Shown: piece by piece, positions 37,169-47,069 of the stretch
How the letters are laid out: each line of letters starts with the position of its first letter
Position numbering within the stretch: position 1 is the stretch's first letter
Sequence record: DRR723986_9347
Reading direction: 5' to 3' (one strand)
Length of the DNA: 47,070 bases
Program-made: the position numbers and the translations under genes
Notes under the pieces: generated by a model
What the model was told of the DNA's origin: nothing
The model's database searches: none
What the model saw: only the letters and a program-made list of their open reading frames with translations

Positions 37169-37747
37169 ATGAAACAAATGAAACGAATTTTTCTATTCCC
37201 AATTGTTGCGGTAATGATGCTTGCTTCTTGTGGTGGTTCTGAAGAAACAACCGAAGAAACAAATGAAACAATTGATACACTAGATTATGCTGACATGAAT
37301 GAGATATCATTAAAAGAGCATGGTTTAAATATGAAGATCATGCTTCCTGAGGTAGCATCTTCTACTGGAGCATCTATTGAGCCAAAAATTGAGCATGATG
37401 ATGGAGATTACCTTTGGCATGTAAAAATTGGAACGAGATTTCACCTTGTAATTGAGGATTTCGGAAAAGAGAAGAACAAGGTCGCTGGTGAAAAAGAGCG
37501 TTTAGGAGATTTAGACAAAATATTTGTAACAGAATATTTAATAGACGAACCAAACTTGATTATGTACAAAAGAACTTTACATGAGGATCAAGGAGGCAAG
37601 CCATCTTTTCACTGTTATGGTGAAACTACTATTGACGGTTACATTTATGTGTTGAGATCTCAATCTGACGGAAGCTTGAAGCCAATTATTGATGATATGG
37701 TGAAAACGATTAAATCTGCTAAACCAGTTACTGAATCGGCAGCATAG
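37169..37747 (+). CDS. Hypothetical lipoprotein
   Basis: Lipobox LASC followed by acidic GGSEETTEE. Start may be ATG 37178. Confidence 0.8.
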   Translation: MKQMKRIFLFPIVAVMMLASCGGSEETTEETNETIDTLDYADMNEISLKEHGLNMKIMLPEVASSTGASIEPKIEHDDGDYLWHVKIGTRFHLVIEDFGKEKNKVAGEKERLGDLDKIFVTEYLIDEPNLIMYKRTLHEDQGGKPSFHCYGETTIDGYIYVLRSQSDGSLKPIIDDMVKTIKSAKPVTESAA

Positions 37748-37763
37748 ATTAAAGACATTAAAT

Positions 37764-37799
37764 AAAAAAGGTCATTTGATTTTCAAATGACCTTTTTTT
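37764..37799. terminator. Bidirectional rho-independent terminator
   Basis: AAAAAAGGTCATTTGA-ttt-TCAAATGACCTTTTTTT between convergent genes. Confidence 0.88.
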
Positions 37800-37820
37800 A
37801 TGCTTTTAAATTGATTCGGC

Positions 37821-38180
37821 TTAGTAAAGTTTCAACTTTAAATAAGTTCTCATCTCTTTAATTTCTTCTCTGTTAAATTTGTTATCTGCTTTTTTAAGCA
37901 ATTGAAGTAAATACGATAAGTTTTCTGCATCTGTCCCCGGCTCAATTAAGAACTCTTCTCCTTCTTCGTCTTCATCCTTTTCTACTGTGTGGTCAAAACA
38001 CTCTTCTTCTTTGATGTATTCTGCAGACAATCTTAAGACCTTCGCTAGTAAAGGATCTTCATCTTTAAGTGCATCCTCTCTAAGGTCCATTAAGGCTTTG
38101 ATGATTTTTGCCCCGTCAAATCCTTTTTCTAATTGTTTCAGCAATTTATCTATTTTGGCGTTCGATTGTTCTTGTTGCAT
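37821..38180 (-). CDS. Conserved hypothetical protein
   Basis: 119-aa helical acidic ORF 'LRE.A..EDP...KVLRL..EY...ENLSYLLQL...NKFNREEI'; -7 box TATTTTTG at 38197-38204 (minus). Confidence 0.8.
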   Translation of the reverse strand: MQQEQSNAKIDKLLKQLEKGFDGAKIIKALMDLREDALKDEDPLLAKVLRLSAEYIKEEECFDHTVEKDEDEEGEEFLIEPGTDAENLSYLLQLLKKADNKFNREEIKEMRTYLKLKLY

Positions 38181-38278
38181 TATTTCAAATTTTGACCAAA
38201 AATAACTATTCTAATAAATATGAGCACATTATTTCGCTCTTGAGCTCAATTTAATTCAAAATTTGTATTTTCACAGGA

Positions 38279-39031
38279 GTGAAGAAAGTAGATATCATTA
38301 CAGCGCATAATATTGCGATTGACTATGAAGCAGCCTCAGTAATGAACAGAGGTATCGCTAAGTTTCTTGATCTGTTGGTAATGATGATTTACACCCTAAT
38401 CATTTATTTTATTCTACTGCAACTCTTGATTCAATCAATTTTTGGATCCTTTTCAATAGACGAATCATTTTATATCATGTTTGTAGTATTTCAGCTACCG
38501 GTAATTTTCTATACAATTTTATCTGAATATTTATTGAAAGGTCAAACAATCGGTAAAATGGCAATGGGTATCCGTGTTGTAAAACTTAATGGAGAAAATG
38601 GTAACATCAATGATTATACCATGAGATGGGCCTTTAACTTAATAGACTTCTGGTTTTCAGCAGGCTCTATAGCGGCTTTATTTATTTCAACTACTGAGAA
38701 AGGTCAAAGATTAGGAGATGTTTTGGCTCAAACTGCTGTTGTAAAAAATAAACCAGAACAGGTTTATTCAATAAAAGATATATTAAACATCAAAGACCGA
38801 TCTAAACATGACCCAACATATTTGGGGGTTTCTAAGTTTACTGATGAGGATATGATCTTGATTAAAAATGCAATTACTAGAGTAAAAAAATATCCTAACG
38901 AACCCCATAAAGAGTTGGTTAGAGAGTTAGCTAAGCGTGCAGCAAATGAATTAAATTTAGAAGAAGTGCCTCAAAAAAAGCTGACATTTTTAAAAACACT
39001 CTTACAAGATTATATTGTATTAACCAGATAA
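38279..39031 (+). CDS. RDD family membrane protein
   Basis: 'ASVMNRGIAKFLD', 'GQTIGKMAMGIRVV', 'QRLGDVLAQTAVV', 'FLKTLLQDY'. Confidence 0.9.
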   Translation: MKKVDIITAHNIAIDYEAASVMNRGIAKFLDLLVMMIYTLIIYFILLQLLIQSIFGSFSIDESFYIMFVVFQLPVIFYTILSEYLLKGQTIGKMAMGIRVVKLNGENGNINDYTMRWAFNLIDFWFSAGSIAALFISTTEKGQRLGDVLAQTAVVKNKPEQVYSIKDILNIKDRSKHDPTYLGVSKFTDEDMILIKNAITRVKKYPNEPHKELVRELAKRAANELNLEEVPQKKLTFLKTLLQDYIVLTR

Positions 39032-39091
39032 TTACTAGAAATAGACAAATCACATCTCATTTTGGTCACTTAAGAATTTCGAGCGATTATC

Positions 39092-39123
39092 TTGACAACT
39101 AAGTATTTAATTGCCTATTTTTG
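39092..39123 (+). promoter_or_regulatory. Bacteroidota -33/-7 promoter (TTG-N21-TATTTTTG)
   Basis: TTG 39092-39094 and TAnnTTTG 39116-39123, 22 nt before the ATG. Confidence 0.6.
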
Positions 39124-39145
39124 AATCCAATTTAGTACCCACATT

Positions 39146-42100
39146 ATGAAAATATTAAAAGCCCTTTTGCTCGGGTGTTCTGTTTTTTTAACCAGTATTT
39201 CTATCGCGCAATTCTCTTTCGTGCCATCCACAACTAATGGGTGTGCTCCATTAGCAGTCAATTTTACAAACACCAGTTCGGCTGGGGTTCATTATGATTG
39301 GGATTTTGGTGATGGCACATTCGTTAATGATGTAACAAACCCTTCGCATGTCTACTTAGACGGTGGAAATTTCACGGTTACCATGTACGCCTATAATGCT
39401 TCTTACGGGTTTATTGGCTTAACGGATGTTCAGGTTAGTGTTTCTGGCCCTCCATCTTACATTTACATGGACTCGTACACGATATGCCCAAATGATTTGG
39501 TCAGTTTGAATGTTTATGTTCCCGGAAACAACAGTTATTCTTGGGACTTTGGTGATGGCAATTCCGCTTCAGGATATGACTACGTGGAGCACGCTTACAC
39601 CAGCCCAGGGACTTATTATCCTGAAGTAACGATTACAACATCTTGCGGTGCTTATGTGGTTCAAGATACCGTGGTAGTAACGAATTCCATTCCTTTTTTT
39701 GGCGGTAATCCTTACATGGATGTTAATCCATTAGCGGTTTGTCCTGGGTCTGAAGTTTATGGATATACCCAAGATAATTACTCTGCTTATTCATGGGACT
39801 TTGGAGATGGCGGATCAAGTTCTGACCATAACCCAGATTGGACCTATGCGTCAAATGGGAATTATTTGGTTCAAATGACCATAACTAATGGTTGTGGTGT
39901 CGATACAGTGCTAACCGAGAACGTTGCAGTGAGTAATTCTACACCAGTTCAAAACAGTCAAACCTCTGTTCCTGACACGGTTTGTCCTGGTGAGTTTTTC
40001 TATGCAGATTCATGGGCTGATGATGGAATTTCATTCTCGTGGAATATGGGAGATGGAAGCCCTTTAATTACGAACCAATCAGCTTACTATGCCTACGCAA
40101 CCCCAGGAACATATACTGCTACAGTAACAATAACTAATGATTGCGGAAACACGGATGTGTTGAGTGAAGTGGTTGTTGTTTCAAATAGCGCACCAGTGAA
40201 CAATCCATCTTTATATTTCAGTTCGAATTCAGTTTGTCCAGGAGATGAAGTTTATTTTTCAGCCAATTATGAATACGATTATTATATCGATTATGGTGAC
40301 GGTGAAGGGTCGGATACCTACGGGTATCACGCATATGATACTCCAGGTGATTATGTAGTAACAGCTACTATTCAAAATGCTTGTGGTAATTCTGTGGTCA
40401 TAACAGATACTATTACGGTACAATCTAATTTAGCCGTAGATCCAAACATGGTTTATCCTTACGCATATCCTTCTCCTGCTTGTCCTGGAACAGAAATTGA
40501 AATGTCAGCAAACTATGGATATCAAACATATAGTTGGGATTTCGGTGATGGAGGAACATCAACAAATGAGCAACCTGGTTATATTTATAATACTCCAGGA
40601 AATTATACAGTTACTCTTGTGGTAACGAATGGTTGTGGAAATCAAGCGACCGTTACAACACCAGTTTCAATTCAGAACAACTTATTGATTCAAGATGTCA
40701 ATTTTGATATTTCTGCTGATACCATTTGTCCTGGTGATGCTGTATTTTTTGATGCCGATAATGATGATGGAAGTATCGGGACATACTGGGATTTGGGTGA
40801 TGGAACCACTACAACAAATTTTGCAGTTTCTCATTCATACGCTACAGTGGGTGTTTACCCTATCGAATTAACAGTTACAAATGGCTGTGGCAATGACTCT
40901 ACAGTATTTGATACGGTTGTTGTTTCTAATTCATACATTCCTTCAGCTGGAGATTATCAAGCTTTTGCTCAAGATGAAGGATGTGTTGGTGATCAACTTT
41001 ATTTTGTATTAATACCAGCAGGAGCAGGTAATATCACTTGGGATTTTGGTGACGGTAATTCAACGAATCAAGTTGATCAAGTATTGGTTCAGGGAGTAAC
41101 TGAGGTGGATGTTGCTTTTCATGCGTATAATGCAATCGGTCAATATTGGGCAAAATATACCATTACAAACTCATGTGGAAATTCACTTACGGATTCAATA
41201 TTAATTGATGTTGGGACATACGGAGACCAACAAAATATGGATGTCAGCTTTTGGTGGGATGAAACTCAAACTGCTTGTCAAGGTCAACCGGTTGAGTTCA
41301 TGGCAGTTGGTGGAGCTCAATACATTTGGGATTTTGGTGATGGTACAGGTCAACTCTTAACAAACTCTTCATTGACACCAGTTTATCACACTTATGCGGA
41401 TCCTGGAAGTTATACAGTAACTGTGAACTCTGTGAACAATTGTGGAAATACTGACGATTCAGATGAGCAAATCTACATTCCACAATCTCAAATGAACGTT
41501 TCAACCAATACAGTTACTGAGCCAAACTGTGGAAGCAATAATGGTCTGGCAATTGTTTCTGTTACTGGAGGTATGGCGCCTTATTCGTATTCTTGGACAA
41601 ATGGAGATTCAGGAGTTATTGCTGATAGCCTTGCTTCTGGTGTTTATGTAGTTACTGTTACAGATAATAACGATTGCTCAAATGAGGGAATTGCAACAGT
41701 AAGCGACCAAGAAGGCGTAGTTATATTGGTAGATAATGTCGTTGACGTGGATTGTTATGGAGCTGCGAACGGAAGTATTTCTGTTTCAATTTTAGGAGGA
41801 CAACCTCCGTATACCATTTTATGGTCAAATGGTGATCAAACTGAAGATATATTCGGTTTGCAAGCGGGTCCATATGAAATCTTTGTTACTGATGCCAACG
41901 GCTGTTTTTCGGTAGAAAGTATTCATGTTTCGCAACCACTAAAATCTAACGTATCAGTTATTACCACAAAGGCAACCTGTGGCCTTAATGACGGAACTGC
42001 AACCGCATCTGTCAATAACGGAACTGGACCATTCAATTTCATTTGGCCAAATACCACAGGGCCCAATAATACCACAGGAGGATTGGCGCCAGGAATACAT

Positions 42101-43222
42101 ACGTTACTTGTAATTGATGGTAACACTTGTCTTTTGCAAAAAGATTTTGCGATTAATGAAATCGGAGGACCGGTAATTGTTACGGATTCGACAGAATTTG
42201 GGACTTGTAATGGTAATTTATCTTCAATCTATATTAGTACCATTGGTGGTCAGGGCCCTTTTACATATAATTGGTCAAACGGATCAACAAATCAGGATTT
42301 GGTAGGCGTTGTTCCTGGAACATATATTGTCCAAGCACAAAGCGCAACAGGATGTTCATCATATCGAACTTACACTGTAGCAGAATCTCAACCAGAGAAA
42401 CCAACTATTTGTATGGTAGATGTTGATACACTTACAGGCACCAATCTTGTTGTTTGGGATCCAATTACTGCTTCTGGTATTGAATCTTATAACATCTATA
42501 AAGAAAGTTCTGAAGCAGGATTGTATTATTTAATTGGAAATTCTAGTGCGGACAGCTTAAGTCAGTACCATGATTATTTATCTGACCCAGGTATTAGGTC
42601 TTGGAGATATAAAATATCATCACTTGATGATTGCGGAAACGAATCTGAATTATCTGATTATCATAAAACCATGCACCTTACATCTAATAAGGGAGTTGCT
42701 GGTGAGTATAACTTAATCTGGGATCATTATCAAGGATTCAGCTATTCGACTTATTACATCAATAGATGGCATCCAACCACTGGTTGGGAAATTATTGACT
42801 CAGTTGGTTCAAATGCAATATCCTATACTGATTATAACGCGCCAGGCGACAGTAATTTGGTTTACATGATATCAATTAACACACCTGGGTTGTGCACTGC
42901 AGCTAAAGCTACAGATTATAATTCATCAAGATCAAATAAGAATTCTAATAATGTAGCTCCACCTAATGGTTCCGGAATTAATGAAATACATGTTGAATTG
43001 ACCATTTACCCAAATCCTTCTAACGGGATAGTGACTATCAGATATGAAAAAGGAATTTCAGCAATCAAACTATTTGATATGGCTGGCAATCTGGTGTTGT
43101 TTGATGAAAATGTAGGTAACAATAAATTCTCATTTGATTTGTCACAATACGAATCTGGAATATATAATGTGCAGATATTGTCAGGTGATGATTTGCTTAA
43201 CGGTAAAATTGTTAAACACTAA
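39146..43222 (+). CDS. Large T9SS-secreted adhesin-like protein: 9 PKD domains, 4 SprB-type repeats, 2 FN3-like domains, type A CTD
   Basis: Nine WDFGDG-type motifs, mostly with CP...CG cysteine pairs; SprB repeats; CTD 'IYPNPSNG..FDMAGNLV..GIYNV..KIVKH'. Confidence 0.92.
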   Translation: MKILKALLLGCSVFLTSISIAQFSFVPSTTNGCAPLAVNFTNTSSAGVHYDWDFGDGTFVNDVTNPSHVYLDGGNFTVTMYAYNASYGFIGLTDVQVSVSGPPSYIYMDSYTICPNDLVSLNVYVPGNNSYSWDFGDGNSASGYDYVEHAYTSPGTYYPEVTITTSCGAYVVQDTVVVTNSIPFFGGNPYMDVNPLAVCPGSEVYGYTQDNYSAYSWDFGDGGSSSDHNPDWTYASNGNYLVQMTITNGCGVDTVLTENVAVSNSTPVQNSQTSVPDTVCPGEFFYADSWADDGISFSWNMGDGSPLITNQSAYYAYATPGTYTATVTITNDCGNTDVLSEVVVVSNSAPVNNPSLYFSSNSVCPGDEVYFSANYEYDYYIDYGDGEGSDTYGYHAYDTPGDYVVTATIQNACGNSVVITDTITVQSNLAVDPNMVYPYAYPSPACPGTEIEMSANYGYQTYSWDFGDGGTSTNEQPGYIYNTPGNYTVTLVVTNGCGNQATVTTPVSIQNNLLIQDVNFDISADTICPGDAVFFDADNDDGSIGTYWDLGDGTTTTNFAVSHSYATVGVYPIELTVTNGCGNDSTVFDTVVVSNSYIPSAGDYQAFAQDEGCVGDQLYFVLIPAGAGNITWDFGDGNSTNQVDQVLVQGVTEVDVAFHAYNAIGQYWAKYTITNSCGNSLTDSILIDVGTYGDQQNMDVSFWWDETQTACQGQPVEFMAVGGAQYIWDFGDGTGQLLTNSSLTPVYHTYADPGSYTVTVNSVNNCGNTDDSDEQIYIPQSQMNVSTNTVTEPNCGSNNGLAIVSVTGGMAPYSYSWTNGDSGVIADSLASGVYVVTVTDNNDCSNEGIATVSDQEGVVILVDNVVDVDCYGAANGSISVSILGGQPPYTILWSNGDQTEDIFGLQAGPYEIFVTDANGCFSVESIHVSQPLKSNVSVITTKATCGLNDGTATASVNNGTGPFNFIWPNTTGPNNTTGGLAPGIHTLLVIDGNTCLLQKDFAINEIGGPVIVTDSTEFGTCNGNLSSIYISTIGGQGPFTYNWSNGSTNQDLVGVVPGTYIVQAQSATGCSSYRTYTVAESQPEKPTICMVDVDTLTGTNLVVWDPITASGIESYNIYKESSEAGLYYLIGNSSADSLSQYHDYLSDPGIRSWRYKISSLDDCGNESELSDYHKTMHLTSNKGVAGEYNLIWDHYQGFSYSTYYINRWHPTTGWEIIDSVGSNAISYTDYNAPGDSNLVYMISINTPGLCTAAKATDYNSSRSNKNSNNVAPPNGSGINEIHVELTIYPNPSNGIVTIRYEKGISAIKLFDMAGNLVLFDENVGNNKFSFDLSQYESGIYNVQILSGDDLLNGKIVKH

Positions 43223-43671
43223 AGATCAATTTCTGAAAAGCAGGTTAACCCGTCAACACAAAATCTTTCACCAAATTTTGGAGGTAGTTCAGAAGCTACC
43301 TCCAATCCATTTACGCTATAAATTAACACATCATCATGTGCTTTTAATGGTAAGTTTTGACGTTTTACCATATCGTAGGTTTTTATTAAACCATGATTTA
43401 CTTTTACCAAGGCCAGCAGACTTCTGTCGTTAAAGCCATTTGCTTGAGTAATTTTTTGATAGGAGGTAATGATACGTATCTGTAAAGTTTTTCCTGACGG
43501 ACTTTTCCAACTTACCGTTCCAAGATAAGTAACAGTTTCGGAACCCCAATCTCTGTGTATTGAGCCTGACTGATTGATTTCAAAATCCTTTGCATATTCC
43601 CAAAAAGTTGTGTCTTGCGAAAATGAAACCAATGAAAATAAAGAGAAAATAATTAGGGCGATTTTTTTCAT
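43219..43671 (-). CDS. Hypothetical secreted protein
   Basis: Signal peptide MKKIALIIFSLFSLVSFS|Q; 150 aa. Confidence 0.7.
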   Translation of the reverse strand: MKKIALIIFSLFSLVSFSQDTTFWEYAKDFEINQSGSIHRDWGSETVTYLGTVSWKSPSGKTLQIRIITSYQKITQANGFNDRSLLALVKVNHGLIKTYDMVKRQNLPLKAHDDVLIYSVNGLEVASELPPKFGERFCVDGLTCFSEIDL

Positions 43672-43719
43672 ATTTAATAATACGAAAAAACATGCAAAAG
43701 GTTGAACCAGATTAAATTA

Positions 43720-44064
43720 CTATAAAAAACCAAGCTCTAATTGCGCTTCTTCACTCATCATATCTTTGTCCCAAGGAGGATCAAAAACTATGTTTACTGT
43801 GGCCTCTTCAACTCCTTCAACGCTTTCTACTTTGTTTTTAACATCTACTGGTAAACTTTCTGCAACCGGACAATTCGGTGAAGTCAGAGTCATGTCAATA
43901 TCCACTATACCACCCTTTTTAATCTTAACCTCATAAATTAGTCCTAGTTCAAATATATCTACCGGAATTTCAGGGTCGTAGATTTCTTTCAAAGCTGATA
44001 TAATAAGGTCTTCAAGTGCCTTAATTTCTTCTTTATCCATGTCGCCTTCTTTTGAAACTATCAT
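43720..44064 (-). CDS. sufT: SUF Fe-S assembly protein SufT (DUF59)
   Basis: 'IYDPEIPVDIFELGLIY', 'MTLTSPNCPVAESLP', 'FDPPW..MSEEA.LELG'. Alternative start at 44040. Confidence 0.9.
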   Translation of the reverse strand: MIVSKEGDMDKEEIKALEDLIISALKEIYDPEIPVDIFELGLIYEVKIKKGGIVDIDMTLTSPNCPVAESLPVDVKNKVESVEGVEEATVNIVFDPPWDKDMMSEEAQLELGFL

Positions 44065-44480
44065 GCTTTCATATTTAAAGCCAATGCGTCCAACTTCATC
44101 TGTTTCAACATTGAAACTAATCCATTGGAACGAGTGGGTGATAAGTGTTCTTGCAAACCAATTTCTGCAATGAAATTGAGCTTTGCGTCAATAATATCTT
44201 GAGGTCTTTCTCCTGATAATACATGAATTAACAGCGCAATAATTCCTTTGGCGATTATTGCATCTGCATCTGCAGTATAAACTACCTTTCCATCTACTAA
44301 TTCAGCTTGCATCCAAACTTTTGATTGACATCCCTTAATGATTTTATCATCAGACTTAAGTGCATCATCTATTAAAGGCAAATCTTTACCTAACTCAATG
44401 ATGTACTCGTATTTTTCCATCCAATCTTCATAAATTGAAAAGTCATCTATTAGTCCTTGCTCTTTTTCTTGAATCGTCAT
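44061..44480 (-). CDS. sufE: Cysteine desulfurase sulfur acceptor SufE
   Basis: 'DWMEKYEYIIELGK', 'IKGCQSKVW', 'DADA.IAKG', 'LSPTRSNGL'. Confidence 0.93.
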   Translation of the reverse strand: MTIQEKEQGLIDDFSIYEDWMEKYEYIIELGKDLPLIDDALKSDDKIIKGCQSKVWMQAELVDGKVVYTADADAIIAKGIIALLIHVLSGERPQDIIDAKLNFIAEIGLQEHLSPTRSNGLVSMLKQMKLDALALNMKA

Positions 44481-45698
44481 CTATCTTAACATACTAACTG
44501 CTTTTTTAAGAGCAGTAATAAAAACATCAATTTCTTCTTTAGTGTTATAAAAACTGAATGAGGCGCGAATTGTTCCTGGAATTTTAAAGAAATCCATTAC
44601 AGGTTGAGTACAATGATGTCCTGTTCTAACGGCAATACCTTGTTGGTTCAATAAGGTTCCAATGTCGTAAGGATGCAAGTCATCAATTAAAAAAGAAAGT
44701 ATGCTACTCTTATTCTCTGCGGTACCATAAATCTTAACACCATCTATTTCTTTAATTTTTGTCGTAGCATACGCAAGCAGTTCGTGCTCGTAGGCTTCAA
44801 TTTCGTTAAAATCAAATTGATTTAACCAATCTATGGCAGTCCCCAAAGCAATTCCTCCAACAATATTTGGTGTTCCGGCCTCAAACTTATGCGGTAAATC
44901 ATTGTAGATCGTTTTGGACATGCTAACTTCCTTAATCATATCTCCACCACCTTTATATGGAGGCATTTGATTGAGGATATCTTCTTTTCCGTATAGAATT
45001 CCAATACCTGTAGGCCCAAATACTTTATGTCCCGAAAAAACTAAAAAATCACAATCCAATTCCTGTACACTTACTTTACAATGCTGCAATGACTGAGCAG
45101 CATCAATTAATACTTTGGCACCAACATGGTGTGACTTTTCAATCAGCTCTTCGATTGGATTAATTGTACCTAATGAATTCGAAATATGAGTAAAAGCGAC
45201 CAGTTTTGTTTTATCAGTTAACAGTCCTTCAAAAGCATTCATATCAAGGGTACCATTTTCTTTCAACGGAATGAATTTCAAATCAAGTCCCTTTCGTTCT
45301 GCCAACATTTGCCAAGGAACAATGTTTGAGTGATGCTCCATTTCGGTGATGATTATTTCATCTCCTTTACTGAGCAATTCACCATAACATTGGGCTACAA
45401 GGTTTATTCCTTCTGTGGTTCCTGATGTAAAAATGACTTCTGAAGATTTTTTAGCTCCAATGAATGCTTGAATACTGTGTCGTGCGTTTTCATAATTCGT
45501 AGTACTGATTTGACTCAAATGATGAACGCCTCGGTGGATATTGGCATTTTCTTCACGGTAGTACTTCGAAACTCTGTTTATTACAGCACTTGGCTTCTCT
45601 GATGTAGCACCATTATCGAAATAAACTAACGGGTATTTCCCAACTTTGGTCGATAAAATTGGAAATTCTGCCCTAATATTTTCTACATTTAATGCCAC
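44481..45698 (-). CDS. sufS: Cysteine desulfurase, SufS (group II)
   Basis: 'YFDNGAT', 'NIHRGVH', 'EHHSNIVPWQ', PLP 'SGHK', 'FEAGTP', group II 'RTGHHC'. Confidence 0.95.
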   Translation of the reverse strand: MALNVENIRAEFPILSTKVGKYPLVYFDNGATSEKPSAVINRVSKYYREENANIHRGVHHLSQISTTNYENARHSIQAFIGAKKSSEVIFTSGTTEGINLVAQCYGELLSKGDEIIITEMEHHSNIVPWQMLAERKGLDLKFIPLKENGTLDMNAFEGLLTDKTKLVAFTHISNSLGTINPIEELIEKSHHVGAKVLIDAAQSLQHCKVSVQELDCDFLVFSGHKVFGPTGIGILYGKEDILNQMPPYKGGGDMIKEVSMSKTIYNDLPHKFEAGTPNIVGGIALGTAIDWLNQFDFNEIEAYEHELLAYATTKIKEIDGVKIYGTAENKSSILSFLIDDLHPYDIGTLLNQQGIAVRTGHHCTQPVMDFFKIPGTIRASFSFYNTKEEIDVFITALKKAVSMLR

Positions 45699-45714
45699 CT
45701 CTGAACAATTTTGG

Positions 45715-45744
45715 CAAAGTTACGGAGAGTTTTGACATCTACAA
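45715..45744 (-). promoter_or_regulatory. sufS promoter (TTG-N19-TAACTTTG)
   Basis: Minus strand TTG (45742-45744), 19-nt spacer, exact TAnnTTTG (45715-45722). Confidence 0.7.
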
Positions 45745-45747
45745 CTT

Positions 45748-45770
45748 TTATTTAGATTGATTCTAAATAA
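45748..45770. promoter_or_regulatory. Fur/PerR-family-like operator palindrome
   Basis: TTATTTAGA-ttgat-TCTAAATAA, a perfect 9-5-9 inverted repeat beside the sufS -33 element. Confidence 0.7.
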
Positions 45771-45791
45771 TTTGAATATTTAATTAAACGA

Positions 45792-47069
45792 ATGAGCAAA
45801 ATAAACGATTTTAAAAAGCACGTTGAAGAAGGATACAGTTTTAAAGGAGATGCCCTTATTTTGGGAGGATCTATGTTGGATGGCGAGCCTGTTCAGGGCT
45901 TACAAGTGAAGATACCTTTAAAAACTCTCAACCGTCACGGATTAATTGCAGGAGCAACAGGAACGGGTAAAACCAAGTCTTTACAAGTTTTGGCAGAGCA
46001 AATGTCACTGAATGGCATTCCTTCAGTGTTAATGGATATTAAGGGAGATTTATCTGGGATAGGACAACCGGGAGAAAACAACGAACATATTGTTTGGCGT
46101 TCAGGAGCAATTGGAGTTGAATATGAGCCTGCAAACCTGTTGGTTGAGCTGATGTCTATTTCTGAAGAAAAAGGAGTAAGATTAAGGGCCACTGTTTCAG
46201 AATTTGGCCCCACCTTGATGTCAAAAATTCTTTCGTTAAATGATACACAAACTGGTTTGTTAACAGTACTTTTTAAATATTGTGACGATAATAATTATCC
46301 TTTATTAGATTTAAAAGACTTAAGAAAAACGCTCCAGTACTTCACTGGTGAAGGCAAAGAAAGGGTTCAAGAAGAGTACGGACAAATTTCAAGTGCTTCC
46401 ATCAATACGATCATGAGAAAGGTGATTGAGCTTGAGCAACAGGGAGCAGAAAAGTTTTTTGGTGAAAAATCATTTGATGTCAAAGATTTCATGTTCACAA
46501 ATTCTAAAGGATTAGGACAAGTATCGGTCATTCGTTTGGCAGATATTCAGAACAGACCTAAACTGTTCTCGACATTCATGCTAGGTTTACTTGCTGAACT
46601 TTACGAAACATTACCTGAAGTTGGAGACGCCGATAAACCAAAATTATGTTTGTTCATTGATGAAGCTCATCTTGTATTCAAAGAGGCCACTGATGAATTG
46701 CTTGATCAAATTGAAGTCATCATCAAACTCATCCGGTCAAAAGGTGTTGGAGTTTTCTTTTGTACTCAATTACCTACTGACATTCCAGAAGAAGTGTTGA
46801 GTCAACTCGGATTAAAGGTACAACATGCACTGAGGGCTTTTACGGCTAAAGACCGTAAAGCCATAAAGAAAACCGCTGAAAATTATCCGCTTTCAGATTA
46901 TTATGAAACAGATGAATTAATTACCCAATTAGGAATAGGTGAAGCTTTAGTTACCGCATTGAATGAGAAAGGGATTCCAACCCCGTTAGTGTCAACTTTA
47001 ATGAGAGCTCCAGTTACCAGGATGGATATTTTAACACCTGCAGAAATTGATCATATCGTTGAGTACTCA
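45792..47069 (+). CDS. DUF853 / HerA-like P-loop ATPase (YjgR family), 3' partial
   Basis: Absent from the ORF track because it runs off the window. ATG 45792 MSKINDFKKH...'NRHGLIAGATGTGKT', 'DIKGDLSG', 'RATVSEFGP', 'LPEVGD..KP', 'FIDEAHL', 'LIRSKGVG', 'QHALRAFT'. Confidence 0.92.
   Translation, partial: MSKINDFKKHVEEGYSFKGDALILGGSMLDGEPVQGLQVKIPLKTLNRHGLIAGATGTGKTKSLQVLAEQMSLNGIPSVLMDIKGDLSGIGQPGENNEHIVWRSGAIGVEYEPANLLVELMSISEEKGVRLRATVSEFGPTLMSKILSLNDTQTGLLTVLFKYCDDNNYPLLDLKDLRKTLQYFTGEGKERVQEEYGQISSASINTIMRKVIELEQQGAEKFFGEKSFDVKDFMFTNSKGLGQVSVIRLADIQNRPKLFSTFMLGLLAELYETLPEVGDADKPKLCLFIDEAHLVFKEATDELLDQIEVIIKLIRSKGVGVFFCTQLPTDIPEEVLSQLGLKVQHALRAFTAKDRKAIKKTAENYPLSDYYETDELITQLGIGEALVTALNEKGIPTPLVSTLMRAPVTRMDILTPAEIDHIVEYS

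Noticed and set aside
39146..41460. Repeated tgggattttggtga-like sequences as a possible CRISPR or DNA repeat array
   Set aside because: They encode PKD WDFGDG motifs in frame, with synonymous variation and ~250-nt spacing; no cas genes.
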